DNA from: the human T2T-CHM13v2.0 reference genome, Homo sapiens | NCBI RefSeq assembly: GCF_009914755.1 | Contig: NC_060934.1 | Length of the DNA stretch: 64,000 bases | Strand: one strand, 5' to 3' | In this document: positions 1 through 15,140 of the stretch, in pieces | Layout of the letters: the number at the start of each line of letters is the position of its first letter | How positions within the stretch are numbered: the stretch's first letter is position 1 | Notes under the pieces: generated by a model | Told to the model about the DNA's origin: nothing | The model's input: the letters and a program-made list of their open reading frames with translations, nothing else | The model's database searches: none | Position numbers and translations under genes: made by a program

Positions 1-1436
1 AAGCAAAACAAGAACTGTGGATTAAAAATAGAAAATGAATGGTGTACCTGCAAATCAGTAAGTGTTGTGCTTTCCATAAACATTTAATTATATGTTTAAA
101 AAGTACATTTTACTAAATAATAGTTACTAATTTTAAATTTTAAAATAGTTAATAACTGTAACTATTTTATATCACTCTCTTTTGTTAAACAGCTTAGAGT
201 TAAATTTATACTCCACATTTGACCAGCGTGCAGTGTTTGGGGCATTCATTTTTATGTTTGAATCTCAGTGCTATTTAATAACCAAATATTTTTCCTTCCT
301 TTGCCTGGCAGTCCTCACCTATTTCAAATTTAAAGAAAATCTGTTTACCAGCATATCTTTGTAGTCCAAATTATATATTTCAAAATAAGCAGGGAGGGTA
401 ATTAGATGGATAAATAGAAGGTGAGTGCATTTCTGAGGAGTTTTTGAAGCCGAAAAGGGTACAGGTAGGGAATGAAATGAGCATTCCAGGGAATAGTAGT
501 ATACAGACATGGGGGGTCTAAGAAAGCACTTTTCCTCTCACCTCCATCCTCCTTTGGGTGGTATTTTGGCAGCCTAAGAATTTAGAATAACCAAATAACT
601 AAACAAAAGTTAACAGTATTATGGTAGAAGCAAATAATTTAAATAAACAAATACATATATACCTACATAAAAGATTGGGAAGAAATAGGTCAATATTCCA
701 CAAAAGAGGAAGAGGGAATAGTAGGAATAGAGGGAATGAGGGTATTTTTTTTTTTTTTTGCCACTGGCTTTATAATAAATGTATTATATTCTCAGTAGAT
801 ACTTTGATACTTAAATCTTTTTAGGTGAAGTATTTGGGGATGAGTTTACCTTACACAAATTTCTTTATCTGTTTATAGATAAAGGATTTTCTTTTACTTT
901 GGGGGGGTTTCTTGGCAACATTTGAGGGTAGTGACCATGTGTCACTTATATTCCCATAGCCTAGCATAAGGCCTGGCTTATAGTGAGAAGTCTAGAAAGA
1001 ATTTTGTGTAAAAGGCTAAAGATGGAGTAGAAATGAAAGATGGGCTTATTGTGAATGTTAATTTTTAAGGATTACTTAAAAACTATCAACAGAAGTTTTC
1101 TAAGGAGAAATATAAATTTATGAGGTATCAAAAAGAATACAACAGATCCTATACTTTTCTTTATCTTTTACTTTATATATACCCATTTACTCTTATCCCA
1201 CATACCCACTCACCCCACACCATATTTGTAACTTAGAAGCTCAGTGAAAACTAACTTCAAATGGTAGAAGGAATACATTTAGAGTCAAAAATAAATATCT
1301 CTTTCACCTCTGCCTGACCCCCAGTTCTCTAGAGAAAAACACCTAAAGATGTTTTATACATCTACCAGCATATGGATTTGTAACATTACTATCTTCTCCA
1401 GTTAATAGTGAATAATATTAATCATGCAGTTTAACC

Positions 1437-1921
<485 letters not shown>

Positions 1922-1987
1922 TTTTTACTAACTCCTTGGTTTACTTTTATTAAAACTATCCACATATACAAAGTTGAATTTACTTAG

Positions 1988-2379
<392 letters not shown>

Positions 2380-3104
2380 AGTAGTTCCAAATTTAAAATG
2401 ACACAGATATGAATGATATAAGAAAAATTCTAGATTTTTATAGAAAATTACTGCTTTAGAGCATTTTGCCCTTCAGGGTCAGAATAGTTCAGGACTAAAT
2501 TTGGTTAAAAGAATAAACACTAGTTAATATAAGCAACATTCAGATTAATTCTGATCTCTTACATTGAATCCAAGATTTTAAGCTGCCAAATATAATTTGA
2601 CAAGTCTCTTTAATTAGTTTATGAAGTTAAGCTGTTGCCAAGCTTCTCATAGGAATCATAATTCAGCCCATTCTCTCTCATTTTTCTACTGAAAAAATAA
2701 ATAAGCAATTCATGGAATTAAGCCTCACCTTAACCATAAAATTTAAATCTAAACACAGCTTTCATAATAATGAGGATGAATGAGAATTAAACTTATTTAA
2801 AGACTTTGCCAGTGCACTACCTGGAAATACAGAGTAAACCATGATATGATACATTCTCATAGCAAAGTGGATTCCAGTACGTCAAGAAAAGTTAATCCAT
2901 GGTGAAGTATCCTGCCTTGCCCTTGTGTTCATCCCTCATTTGAAATGAAAATAAATGCCGTTCAGGAAAGGCCCTTGTTATCATCAACCTCTCCCGTGTT
3001 GTTACTGCTGCTAGAAAAGCTATTTCTCTAGTTTTCAGCTGGACTAGGAAAACATAGAGTTTTTTTTTCTTTTATACCAACCATTTGTAATTGCTATTTT
3101 TATT

Positions 3105-3235
3105 GTGTATCAATTTATTAGAAATGACACAACACAGGAACAGCCCAAATGGAAAGGATGCATAAAGCGAAGGGGAGGGACAGACCACAAAGCTCCCATG
3201 CAGCTCTACGTGTTCACCAGCCCAGAAGCTCTACG
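3105..3235. mobile_element. MER21-like LTR fragment
   Basis: caggaacagcccaaatggaaaggatgcata ... cgtgttcaccagcccagaagctct resembles the MER21 consensus as recalled. Confidence 0.5.
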
Positions 3236-3946
3236 CATTGCTTTAAAAATAACATCATTGTCTGTAATACAACTCCACAGGAATACAAGACAAATGTGCA
3301 ACAAATATAAAGAGATCAATAGACTGATTCTAGAAGTCACTAGTACAGTTTCATGTCTATATGTAACCCATGTATAAAACATGGTATGGAAAACATTATA
3401 TGTATATGAAATATTTGCTTATTAAGGTGAATTCTGAGCCCATGGATATCTTTCTTACTTGAAGTGTGTTCCTTCTGATGGTGATGGCAACTTTCTCTGT
3501 AGGAGTAACTGAACAACATGCATTCCAGTGGCAAGGAGTCTCAGGCAGAGGATGCTTTCTATGAGGATCAGCCTCTCTAACCTCTTTTATGTTTGGAAGA
3601 CAGTAGCTTCGTGGCTGCATTGCTGATACCTACAGTAGACCCCAGCAGACTGACTGCCAGACCAGGAGCCTATGCTGTCTCATTGTGAAAAAAAAATTTG
3701 AGCATTTAAATAACCTATGGTCAGTAGGATATACATTTGAGCAATGGCTTTTTCAGTACTGTTACTTGAAAATTATGGAAAATAGGACCTGCTGAGTCAA
3801 TTTCAGAGGATTTTCATAAGAATTAAATTAAGTAATGAATGTGTGAGAGCTTTCAAAATTATAGCACACTTTAAAAAAATGCAAATTATCATTATTGTTG
3901 GAAGACCACTTGATGGAGGCATCAAAGGATGAGAAGTTTCCCTGGA

Positions 3947-6095
3947 TACCTCAAAATAATAAGAGCCATCATGGCAAACCCACAGCCAACATCATAATGA
4001 ATGGACAAAAGCTAGAAGCATTCCCCCTTGAAAACTAGCACAAGAAAAGAATGTTCTCTGTCATCACTCCTATTCAACATAGAATTGAAAATCTTAGTCA
4101 GAGCTATCAGGCAAGAGAAAGAAATAAAGGGCATCCGAATAGAAAGAGAGGAAGTCAAACTATCCCTGTTTGCAGACCACATGATTCTATATCTAGAAAA
4201 TCCCATAGTCTCAACCCCAAAGCTCATTAAGCTGATAAACAACTTTGGGAAAGTTTCAGCATATAAAATCAATGTACAAAAATCACTAGCATTCTTACAC
4301 ACCAACAACATCCAAGCTGAGAGCCAAATCAGGAATGCAATCTCATTCACAATTGCCACAGAATGAATAAAAGACCTAGGAATACAGGCAGCCAGGGAGG
4401 TGAAAGATATCTACAAGGAGAACTACGAAATGCTGCTCAAAGAAATCACAGATGACACAAACAAATAGAAAAACATTCCTACTAGGAAGAATCAATATTG
4501 TTAAAGTAGCCATACTGGCCGAAGCAATTTATAGATTCAATGCTATTCCTATCAAACTACCAAGGATATTCTTCACAGATGAGAAAAAACTATTTTGAAA
4601 TTCATATGAAACCAAAGAATAGCCCAGGAAATCCTAAGCAAAAAGAGCAAAGCTGGAGGCATAGACTACCCAACTTCAAACTATACTATGGGGCTACAGA
4701 AACCAAAACAGCATGGTAATGGTACAAAACAGATATTTAGACCAACTTAATAGAATAGAGAGTCCAGAAATAAGACTGCCCACACACCTACAACCATCTG
4801 ATCTTGGACAAAGCTGACAAAAACAGGCAGTGCAGAAAGGACTCCTTATTCAAAAAATGGTGCTGGGATAACTGGCTAGCCATGTGCAGAAGATTGAAAC
4901 TGGACACCTTCCTTACACCATACACAAAAATTAACTCAAGATGGATCAAAGACTTAAAGAAAAAACCCCAGACTATAAAAACCCTGGAAGAAAACCTAGG
5001 CAATACCATTTTGGACATATGAACGGGCAAAGATTTCATGATAAAGACATCAAAAGCAATTGCGACAAAAGCAAATGGGATCTAACTAAACTAAATAGCA
5101 TCTGCATAGCAAAACAAACTAAGAACAGAATAAACAGATAACCTACAGAAGGGGAGAAAATTTTTCCAAACTCTGCATCTGACTAAGCTCTAATATCCAC
5201 CGTCTACAAGGAACTTAAGCAAATCTACAAGAAAAAATAAAACAAACAACCCCATATAAAAATAAGCAAAGGACATGAACAGACACTTTTCCAAACAAGA
5301 CATACATGTAGCCAACACACTTATTTAAAAAAGCTTAACATCACTGATTATTAGAGAAATGAAAATCAAAACCCCAACGAGATACTGTCTTGCACCAGTC
5401 AGAATAGCTATTATTAAAAACTCAAAAAATAACAGGTGCTGCTGAGGTTGAGGAGAAAAAGAAATGCTTATACACTATTGGGTGGGAGTGTAAATTAGTG
5501 CAAGTATTATGGAAAGCAGTGTGACAATTCCTCAAAGAAGTAAGAGGAGAACTGTCATTCAACTCAGCAATTCCATTACTGGGTAAATACTCAAAGGAAT
5601 ATAAATTGTTCTATTGTAAAGATAGATGCACGTGTATGTTCATTGCAACACTATTCACAATAGCAAAGACATGGAATCAACTTAAATGCCCATCAATGGT
5701 ATACTAGATAAAGTAACTATGGTACATATACACCATGGAATACTATGCAGCCATAAAAAGAATGAGATAATTTCCTTTGCAAGAACATGGATGGGGCTAG
5801 AGGCCATTATCCTTAGCAAACTCATTCAGAAACAGAAAGCCAAATCCAGCATGTTCTCACTTACAAGTGGAAGTTAAATGAGGAGAACACATGGACTTAT
5901 AGAGGGGCACAACAGACACTGGCGCCTACTGGAGGGTGGAGGTTGGGAGGAGGGTGAGGACCAGGAAAAATAGTTAATGGGTACTAGGCTTAGTACCTGG
6001 GTGACAAGGAATCTGTACAACAAATCTCCATGACACAAGTTTATCTATAATAACAAATCTGTACATGTATCCCTGAACTTAAAAGTTTAAAAAAA
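3947..6095 (+). mobile_element. 5'-truncated L1 (L1PA13-16-like): degenerate ORF2 3' half plus 3' UTR
   Basis: ORF fragments with RT motif ..[13 protein letters not shown].., frameshifts and stops; 3' UTR gggtactaggcttagtacctgggtga ... ccctgaacttaaaag plus A tail. Confidence 0.95.
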
Positions 6096-6096
6096 T

Positions 6097-6790
6097 CTAC
6101 CAATGGATGTCCAAATTAGTATGCGAAAGTTTGAGGAGAAACAAAATAATTTCATAGTCTCAAAATATCTCCTTCAAGATATTTACTAATTATAAAAGGA
6201 AAAAGTGTAACTTTACAGGGGAGAAAGCCAGCAGACACCACCTTAACCAAATGATCAAGGTTAATTATCACCAGTAATAAGACATACTGACATGATGTAC
6301 TCCCTGATATATAGGCTGAGAAGGTTATATCACTGTAGCATGCCTGCCAAAAATGCATAACTTCAATCCAATAATGAGAAAACATCAATCCAACCCCAAT
6401 TGGCAGTTATTCTGCAATATAACTGACTAGTATTCTTTAAAAGTGGCAAGGTCATGAAAGACAAGAAAAGACTGAGGGAATGTCATAGATTGGAGGAGCC
6501 AAAGGAGATATGGCAGCTAAATATAAGGTGAGATCCAATTAGTAAGAGAACTGGTGAAGTTCCAATTAGGCCTGTTTAATAGTAATTAATAGCAGTAATA
6601 ATAACATTAATAGCACAAATGTTAATTTCATGGTTTTGATCACTGTACTATGGTTATGTAAGATGTTACCTTAACATTCAGGGAAGCCAAGCAATGTGTA
6701 GATGAGTGCTCTCTGCATGTTTTTTCTAACTCTTCTGTAAGTCAAAATTTGTATCAAAATAAAAAGTCAAAAACTAACAAAACAAACAAA
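6097..6790 (+). mobile_element. Old L1 3' end (L1MC/L1MD-like)
   Basis: gagaaagccagcagacaccaccttaaccaaatgatcaaggtta ... ttctgtaagtcaaaatttgtatcaaaataaaaag; homologous to 46760-47985. Confidence 0.7.
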
Positions 6791-6829
6791 TAAAATGAAG
6801 GATGAGCAGGTTCTTTGCTGTGTTCTCTC

Positions 6830-7610
6830 TCTTCGATGTTGACAATACCTTGCATCTCATCACTAAATATAGATTCCTGGAATCAGCCTCTCTCTCACTC
6901 CCCACATCAACTAGCATTTGCATTTGTTCCTTTTTTTTTCTAAATAATTCTTGAATCTGTACTTTCTGGTCTTTCTCTATTGTCATCCTGATCCAGATTC
7001 TCATAAAATAGCTTACAACTGGGATACCTAACTCCATTCTTATATCCCTGAAATCTGTCCTGTCTAAATAGCTGAAAGAATATATAATAAAAATGAATAA
7101 TTGTGGCCATTTCCTTCTTCAATGCATTTCAGTTTCCTGCTCATGTCACGCTTCTCAGCATAACAAATAACATCCTCTACAGTGTGACCCTTCCCTGTTC
7201 TCAAGCTCCTTTGTCACATTCTCTGTCTTCCACTTATGCTCTGGCAATACCTAACTACTTCTTCATCTCTACCATGACATGCTATTTTGTATCTCTGAGT
7301 CTTTTTGTCACGCTGTCTCACTGACCTAGAGAGCACTTTCCATCACCTCCTCCGTCAATTCTTAGAGGTAGTAAACATCATCCAGGTAGTTTTTCTTGAT
7401 GACATCCGCTCTCAACCCATTTCACATTCTCCAGGGCTTCTATAAAACTGCAGGTTTATTTATATTCATGAACTTTCTATATTTTTAAAAATTTATTAAT
7501 TTATGTGTCTATCTCTTCTAGATGGGGAAGTTCTTGAAAGCAAGGTCTATGTCATAGTATGTTCCTATATGCCAGACACATAGAAAAACTCAATAAATAC
7601 TTATAAAGCA
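6830..7610 (+). mobile_element. L2 relic (3' portion)
   Basis: Ends in L2-like gccagacacatagaaaaactcaataaatactt; pyrimidine-rich degenerate body. Confidence 0.5.
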
Positions 7611-7769
7611 TGAGAAAGAAAGTGGTGGGAAAAGGGATATGATAAACCTTATATAAATGTAAAGAAAAAGAAATGACTGAGAGATGGAAGAAGCAAGTAA
7701 TTTGTAAAATGAGGTTAAAATGAAGGGAAAGGATAATTGATGAGATTTAGATAAAGAGGGTCATATCTA

Positions 7770-8195
<426 letters not shown>

Positions 8196-9148
8196 CTATG
8201 GAAATAAAAGGATGAAATTGACCATCTAATTACATTGAGGCCAGAGAAGTAGAAGAAAATAAAACAGAAGGTGTGTTGACAAGTAATCTCCATGGAAAGC
8301 AGTAAACATAAGGTAGCTATCCGGGTAATGAAAAAAAAAAAAAAAAAGAGAGAGAGAGAAGAGAAATCTCAGAGTAGTTACAAAAAGATAAATGATTTAA
8401 TGGCAATGCTAAGAAAAGGACATGTGGGGGAAAAACACGAAAAAGAAAGTACAAAAATGTGACTTGGAAGTATATTGGAAGATTGTCTTAAATATTGAAC
8501 GCTTTGAAATAATGGATGCACATTGAACCCCAAATTAGCAATTCCACTGGCAATGTAGTCATTAAGAGAGCACTGTGGAGTTACTCATGTCTTTTTTTAG
8601 GTTAATTTTATTATACTTTGTAGCTATATTAAATGAGTTTTGCCCTTATCCAGAGCAATTGCAATTCAGTATCTGTCTTTTGCTATAACAAATGAGCCAG
8701 ATTTGAAATATATACTGTCCTTTTCTGTCAATGCACTTTAAAAGACTACCAGTCCCCACTGACCTCTTACAGTGTATGATTATACGAAGAGAAAAAATGG
8801 AAGAAAAGCACCATGGGCAAATGTCCTGAATGCTGTCAGAGCAGGTGACACTTATGTGATATGACTCAACTTGACATCTCTCAGTATTCCATTACAAATC
8901 TGAGAGATTATGTTTTCACCTGTGGACCGCAGTTGCCTCAGGTGCCCAGATACTATCCCTGTTCTTCAGCAGAGGTCAGCCAATACTCACTGTTAAACAC
9001 CAGTCAAACACATGGCAGCCAGCTGGCAAACTGACGCTCCTGAAATCTTGAATCTGCCTTTTCTAATATTATTTTGTAGGAGGCATACCTCAAGGGACAT
9101 CAAGATGTTAGTTAATTAGGGTGTGCCTAAAAATGTAATAGGACTATG

Positions 9149-9149
<1 letters not shown>

Positions 9150-9189
<40 letters not shown>

Positions 9190-9201
9190 TGTGTGTCTGT
9201 G
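9150..9201. repeat. (TG)n microsatellite in the Alu tail position
   Basis: About 18 perfect TG units, then interrupted units, directly abutting the Alu. Confidence 0.95.
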
Positions 9202-9481
9202 TTTGAGATGGAGTCTCGCTATGTCACCCAAGCTAGAGTGCAGTGGTGCGATATTGGCTCACTGCAACCTCCCCTCCCAGGTTCAAGCGATTCTACTGAC
9301 TCAGCCTCCCAAGTAGTTGGGACTATAGGTGCATGCCACCATGCCCGGCTAATTGTATCTTTAGTACAGACGGAGTTTCGCCATGTTTGCCAGGCTGGCC
9401 TCAAACTTGTGACCTTAGGTGATCTACCGCCTTGGCCTCCCAAGGTGCTGGGATTACAGGCATGAGCCACTGTGCCCGGCC
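9202..9481 (-). mobile_element. AluS
   Basis: tttgagatggagtctcgc ... gagccactgtgcccggcc. Confidence 0.93.
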
Positions 9482-9489
9482 TTCCATTT

Positions 9490-9578
9490 TTTATCCAGAA
9501 AAATCAAAAGCAAACCAAACAAATGTTTATATTTATCCAGAAAAATCAAAAGCAAATCAAACAAATGCTTATATTTAT
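9490..9578. repeat. 42-bp tandem duplication (2 copies, 2 mismatches)
   Basis: tttatccagaaaaatcaaaagcaaa(c/t)caaacaaatg(t/c)ttata starting at 9490 and 9532. Confidence 0.95.
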
Positions 9579-11147
9579 TTAAAACAACACCCTTTAATGT
9601 TTGTTTATCTTGATTTTTTTTTTTTTAGAAATTTCTTCTCATTTCTGGCAATGCAGAATATAATCTCCTCCTCTCCGTACATGACCCACATCACTGAAAC
9701 TGCACTTTGCCTTTTGGCTCTCTTCTAATATTATCCCGCCATGAATTAGCTATCTATGATGACTATTCTATGCTGTTTTTTTGGCCAAAATGTTTTTATC
9801 CTTTTTCTGTCATCAGCTGTTGACTATAAACTTTTTCATCATCCAGCTATGGCATTATGTGGGTTTGCCCCATATTCTAAGTTTTGTGGGATTCTGTAAA
9901 GAATTTTAAATTCCACACCAGCTCTGCGCTATGGTTTTTCTCCTGTCTGTTTACATTCTGTTTTAGAGAATTTGAAGTAATTTGAAAATAACAGTCACCA
10001 TTTATTGTGTCGTCACTCTGTACCATACATTTTATATACATTATTATATAATCATCACAGCAAACCTATCATGGATCTTCTTTCCTCATTTTAATAATGA
10101 CAAAATTGGAATTGAGAAAGAGTAATTGATTTGTCCATACCACAGTTAGCCTCTAATGACAATCTCAGGATTCAATAGTGGTGTGTGTTGGATTCCAAAG
10201 CCAACACTCAATGAGAAACACTAGAAAAACAAACAGTAGCACTCTGGCATTTTCCACTATGCATGGTACTTTTATATATGCCAGGGAAGATTCAATGACA
10301 GAGATAATCTGATGGGAGGAGAAACAACAACAACTACAAATATTACACACTTAGAGTTGCTGGGGACATTGTTCATCACAATTAGAGCAGATTTTAGAGA
10401 GCATCCTATTTACTCTGAACCTAAAGAAACAACTCAAAAACCAAACTACTCTATACTGGGAGGAAATGACATTTGCTTCCAATAGACACTCCTGCCACAG
10501 TGCTAGGTTTTATCTACCTAAACCTTAAAATATTGTGTCTCTTTTGCTTTCTGTTCAAATAACATACCCTGAAAACTTATTGTGAGACTACATCCTCTGC
10601 CCCTTAATTGTCCTTAAAATGTAGAACATAGGTGAAAACAGACTAAACAAAAATGTTACTGATTGTTATAACATTAAAATATTCTATGTAGAAATATATT
10701 TATTTACTTTGATTTTGGTATCTCTAGTGGCATCCTAATGGAAACTTCTTTTTAATAATAGAAGGTGCTCTAACTCCTGCTTAAAAGTGGAATAAAAAAA
10801 GAAAGTGTTCATTGCTTTAACCCTGTTGCTACTATGTATTTCCACCCTAGAGCAGATAAGAATATTGTGGTATAAATTCAAAGCTAAATTTCCTTTTTGG
10901 TTATATTGAAGAACTACTGAAAATATGAGTATTCCTTTTTTTCTTCTAGGCTACTAAGCTCTAATCTGGAAACAAAACCAACCAACCAAACAAATAAAAC
11001 TGAGGAAACTACAGCTGTATTCTTCATAGATAAGGGATTTCATGGAACACCTATACAATATTCTCATTGCCAGGCCTATAATGATGATGTTTTATCTTTT
11101 ATTAAGTTTATCTAAGAGGTATGTGTAATGTACAAGAAAGTTTTAAA

Positions 11148-14100
11148 GAGGGAGTGGCCAAGATGGCCGACTAGATGCAGCTGGTGTGCATGGCTGTCAG
11201 GGAGAAGAATGAAAGGGGTGAGTAATACAATGCCCTCAACTGAAACATCCAGTTACTCACTGGATGATTACGACTAATCAAGGAAACAACTTGACCCACA
11301 GAGAACAAAGAAGGGCAAGACAGGACAACTGCCCACCTGGGAACAACACAGAGCAAGGAGAACCTCCCCCACCCAGAGAAGTGGTGAGTGAATGAGCTGC
11401 CCCAGGAAACCATGCTTCTGCACAGATCTTTGTAACCTTCAGGTCAGGAGATCTCCTTGTGAACCCATTGTACCAGGGCCTTCAGTCTGACAGACAGAGA
11501 CACTTGGAGTCTTGGAAGAGCAGCTGCTCAGTCATATGTGGAGACCCTGGAGCCTTAGATACTTGGGCTTTCCAGCAAAAGTAGCTGCAGGTCCAGCAAA
11601 GTGGGAGGTTAGACCCCCATACATACAATATACCAGAATCTCTGAGACACAGCTAAGGCAGTGTTAAGAGGGAAATTCATAGCACTAAATGGCCACATCA
11701 AAATTTAGAAAAATCTTAAATTAACAACCTAATCTCACAACTGAAAAAATTAGAGAAGCAAAAACAGATAAACCCCAAAGCTAGCAGAAGATAAGAAATA
11801 ACTAATATCAGAAGTTAAATGAAGGAAATCAAGACACGCAAAAAATTCAAAAGATCAATGAATACAGGAATTGGTTTTTTGAAAAAAATAATAAGATAGA
11901 TAGGCTATTATACCTAGACAAATAAGGAAGAAAAGAGAGAATATCCAAATAAACACAACTATAAGTGATAAGGTAATGTTATTATTGGCCCCACAGAAAT
12001 AAAAAGAACCAAAAAGAACCATCAGAAACTACTACAAACATCTCTAGGCACACAAACTAGAAAATCTAGAAGAGATGGGTAAATTCTTGGACACATACAC
12101 CCTCCCAAGACTGACCCAGAAAGAAATTGATTACCTGAACAGGTCAACAAGGAGCTACAAAATTAACTCGGTAATAAATAGCCTACCAACCAAAAAAAGC
12201 CCAGGACCTGATGGAAACACAGCCGAATTCTACCAGATGTACAAAGAAGAGCTGGTACCATTCCTACTGAAACTATTCTATAAAATGGAGGAGGAGGGAC
12301 TCTTCCCTAACTCCTTCTATAAGGCCAGCATCATCTTGACACCAAATCCTGGCAGAGACCCACACACAAAAGAAAACTTCAGGCCAATGTCCTTGATGAA
12401 CATTGATGAAAAAATCCTCAACAAAATACTTGCAAACTCAGTTCAGCAGCATGTTGAAAGACTAATCCACTATGATTAAGTAGGCTTCATCCCTGGGATG
12501 CAAGGTTGGTTCAACACACACAAATCAATAAATGTGATTCATCACATAAACGGAACTAAAAACAAAAACCACATGAATATCTCAATAGATGAAGAAAAGG
12601 CTTTTGATAAAATTCAACACCCTTTCATGTTAAAAACTCTCCATAAACCAGATATTGAAGGAACCTACCTCAAAATAATAAGAGCCATCTATGACAAATC
12701 CATAGCCAACATTTTACTAAATGGGCAAAAGCTGGAAGCATTCCCCTTGAAAACCAGCACAAGACAAATATGCCCTCTCTCATCTCTTCTATTCAAAATA
12801 GTATTGAAAGTCATACCCAGAGCTATCTGGCAAGAGAGACAAATAAAGGGCACCCAAATAGGAAGAGAGGAAGTCAAACTATTTCTATTTGTAGACTACA
12901 TGATTCTATATCTAGAAAACCCCAAAGTGTCAGCCCAAAATCTCCTCCAGCTGATACCTTCGGCAAAGTTGCAGGATATAAAATCAATGTACAAAAATCG
13001 CTAGCATTCCTATACACCCACAATAGCCAAACCGAGACCCAAATCAGCAAGGCAATCTCATTCACAATTGCCACAAAAAGAATAAAATACCTAGGAATAC
13101 AGCTAACCAGGGAGGTGAAAGATCTCTACAAGGAGAATTACAAAAGCTGCTTAAAGAAATCAGAGAAGACACAACAAATGGAAAAACATCCCATGCTTGT
13201 GGACAGAAAGAATCAACATTATTAAAATGGTTATACCATCCAAGGCAATTTACAGATTCAATGCTGTTCCTATTAAACTACCAAGCACATTCTTCACAGA
13301 ACTAGAAAAAAAACTATTTTAAAATTTATATGGAACCAAAAAGAGTCTGAATAGCCAAGGCAATCCTAAGCAAAAAGAGCAAAACTGGAGGCATGATGTT
13401 ACCTGACTTCAAACTATACTACAAGGCTACATTAATCAAAAATGCATGGTACTGGTACAGAAACCAACAAATAGACCAATGGACCAGAATAGAGAGCCCA
13501 GAAATAAAGCTGCACATCTACAACCATCTGATCTTTGACAAAGCTGACAAAAATAAGCAATGGGGGAATGACTCCCTATTCAATGAATGGTGCTGTGATA
13601 ACAGGCTAGCCAGGTTCAGAAGATTGAAGCCGGACCTCTTCCTTATACCACATACAAAAATCAACTCAAGGCTCAGCGCGGTGGCTCACGCCTATAATCC
13701 CAGCACTTTGGGAGGCTGAGACGGGCGGATCACGAGGTCAGGAGATCAAGACCATCCTGGCTAACACGGTGAAACCCCATCTCTACTAAAAATACAAAAA
13801 AATTAGCCAGGCGTGCTGGTGGGTGCCTGTAGTCCCAGCTACTCAGGAGGCTGAAGCAGGAGAATGGCATGAACCTGGGAGGCAGAGCTTGCAGTGAGCC
13901 AAGATCGTGCCACTGCACTCCAGTCTGGGCGGCAGAGCGAGACTCCATCTCAAAAAAAACAGAAAACAAAAATCAACTCAAGATGGATTAAAGACTTAAA
14001 TGTAAAACCCAAAAATTATAAAAACCCTGGAAGAAAACCTAGGCAATACCATTCTGGACGTACAAACAGGCAAAGATTTCATGATGAAGACACCAAAAGC

Positions 14101-15140
14101 AATTGCAACAAAAGCAAAAATTGACAAGTGGGAACTAATTAAAATTAAGATATTCTACACAGCAAAAAAAACTCTTAACAGGGTAAACAAACAACCTAAA
14201 GAATGGCAGAAAACTTTTGCAAACTATACATCTGACAAAGGTCCAATATCCAGCATCTATAAGGAACTTAAACAAATTTACAAGAGAAAAACAACCTCAT
14301 TAAAAAGTGGGCAAAAGATATGAACAGACACTTCTCAAAAGAAGACACATATCTGGCCAATAAGCATATGAAAACAAGTACAACATCACTGATCATTAGA
14401 GAAATGCAAATTGAAACCACAATGAGATACAATCTCATACCAGTTAGAATAGCTATTATTAAAAAGTCAAAAAATAACAGATGCTTGCAAGGTTGCAGAA
14501 AAAAGGGAACACTTATACACAGTTAGTGGGAGTGTAAATTAGTTCAACCATTGTGGAAAGCAGTATGGCAATTCCTCCAAGAGCTAAAAGCAAAACTACC
14601 ATTCGGCTCAGCAATCCTATTACTGGGTAAATACCCAGAGGAATAGAAATCATTCTATCATAAAGACACATGCACACAAATGTTCATTGCAGCACTATTT
14701 ACAGTCGCAAAGACATGGCATGGAATCAACCTAAATGCCCATCAGTGACAGACTGGATAGAGAAAATGTGGTACATACATAATACGTCATACTATGAAGC
14801 AATAAAAAAGAATGAGAGCATGTCTTTTATGGGAACATGGATGGAGCTGGAGGTTATTATCCTTAGCAAACTGATGCAGAAACAGAAAACCAAATACCAC
14901 ATGTTCTTACTTATAAGTGGGAGTTAAATGGTAAGAACTTTTGAGCACAAAGAAGAAAACAAAATACATTAGCATCTACTTGAGGGGGAAGGGTGGGAGG
15001 AGGAGAGGAGCAGAAAAGATAACTATTGGGTACTGGGCTTAACACCTGGGTGATGAAATAATACGTACAACAAACCCGTGTAAATGTATTTGCCTATGTA
15101 ACAGACCTTCACTTTTACACCCAAACTTAAAATAAAAGAT
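11148..15140 (+). mobile_element. L1 (L1PA13-16-like) with 5' end, large internal deletion, degenerate ORF2 and 3' UTR
   Basis: 5' motif gagtggccaagatggccgactaga; ORF2 fragments (..[13 protein letters not shown].., ..GWFN.., ..[12 protein letters not shown]..); 3' UTR ending ccaaacttaaaataaaag. Confidence 0.95.
13671..13965 (+). mobile_element. AluY nested in L1 ORF2, 17-bp TSD
   Basis: Y motifs gaccatcctggctaacacggtgaaa and gaatggcatgaacc..gagcttgcag; TSD acaaaaatcaactcaag at 13654-13670 and 13966-13982. Confidence 0.97.

Noticed and set aside
4012-5877. ORFs on both strands resembling L1 ORF2
   Set aside because: Dead 5'-truncated L1 and its antisense frames.
12001-12020. 10-bp duplication aaaaagaacc within L1
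   Set aside because: Ordinary slippage in a dead element.
12075-14927. ORFs with reverse-transcriptase similarity
   Set aside because: Frameshifted, stop-interrupted L1 ORF2 with an Alu insertion; not a functional or novel RT system.
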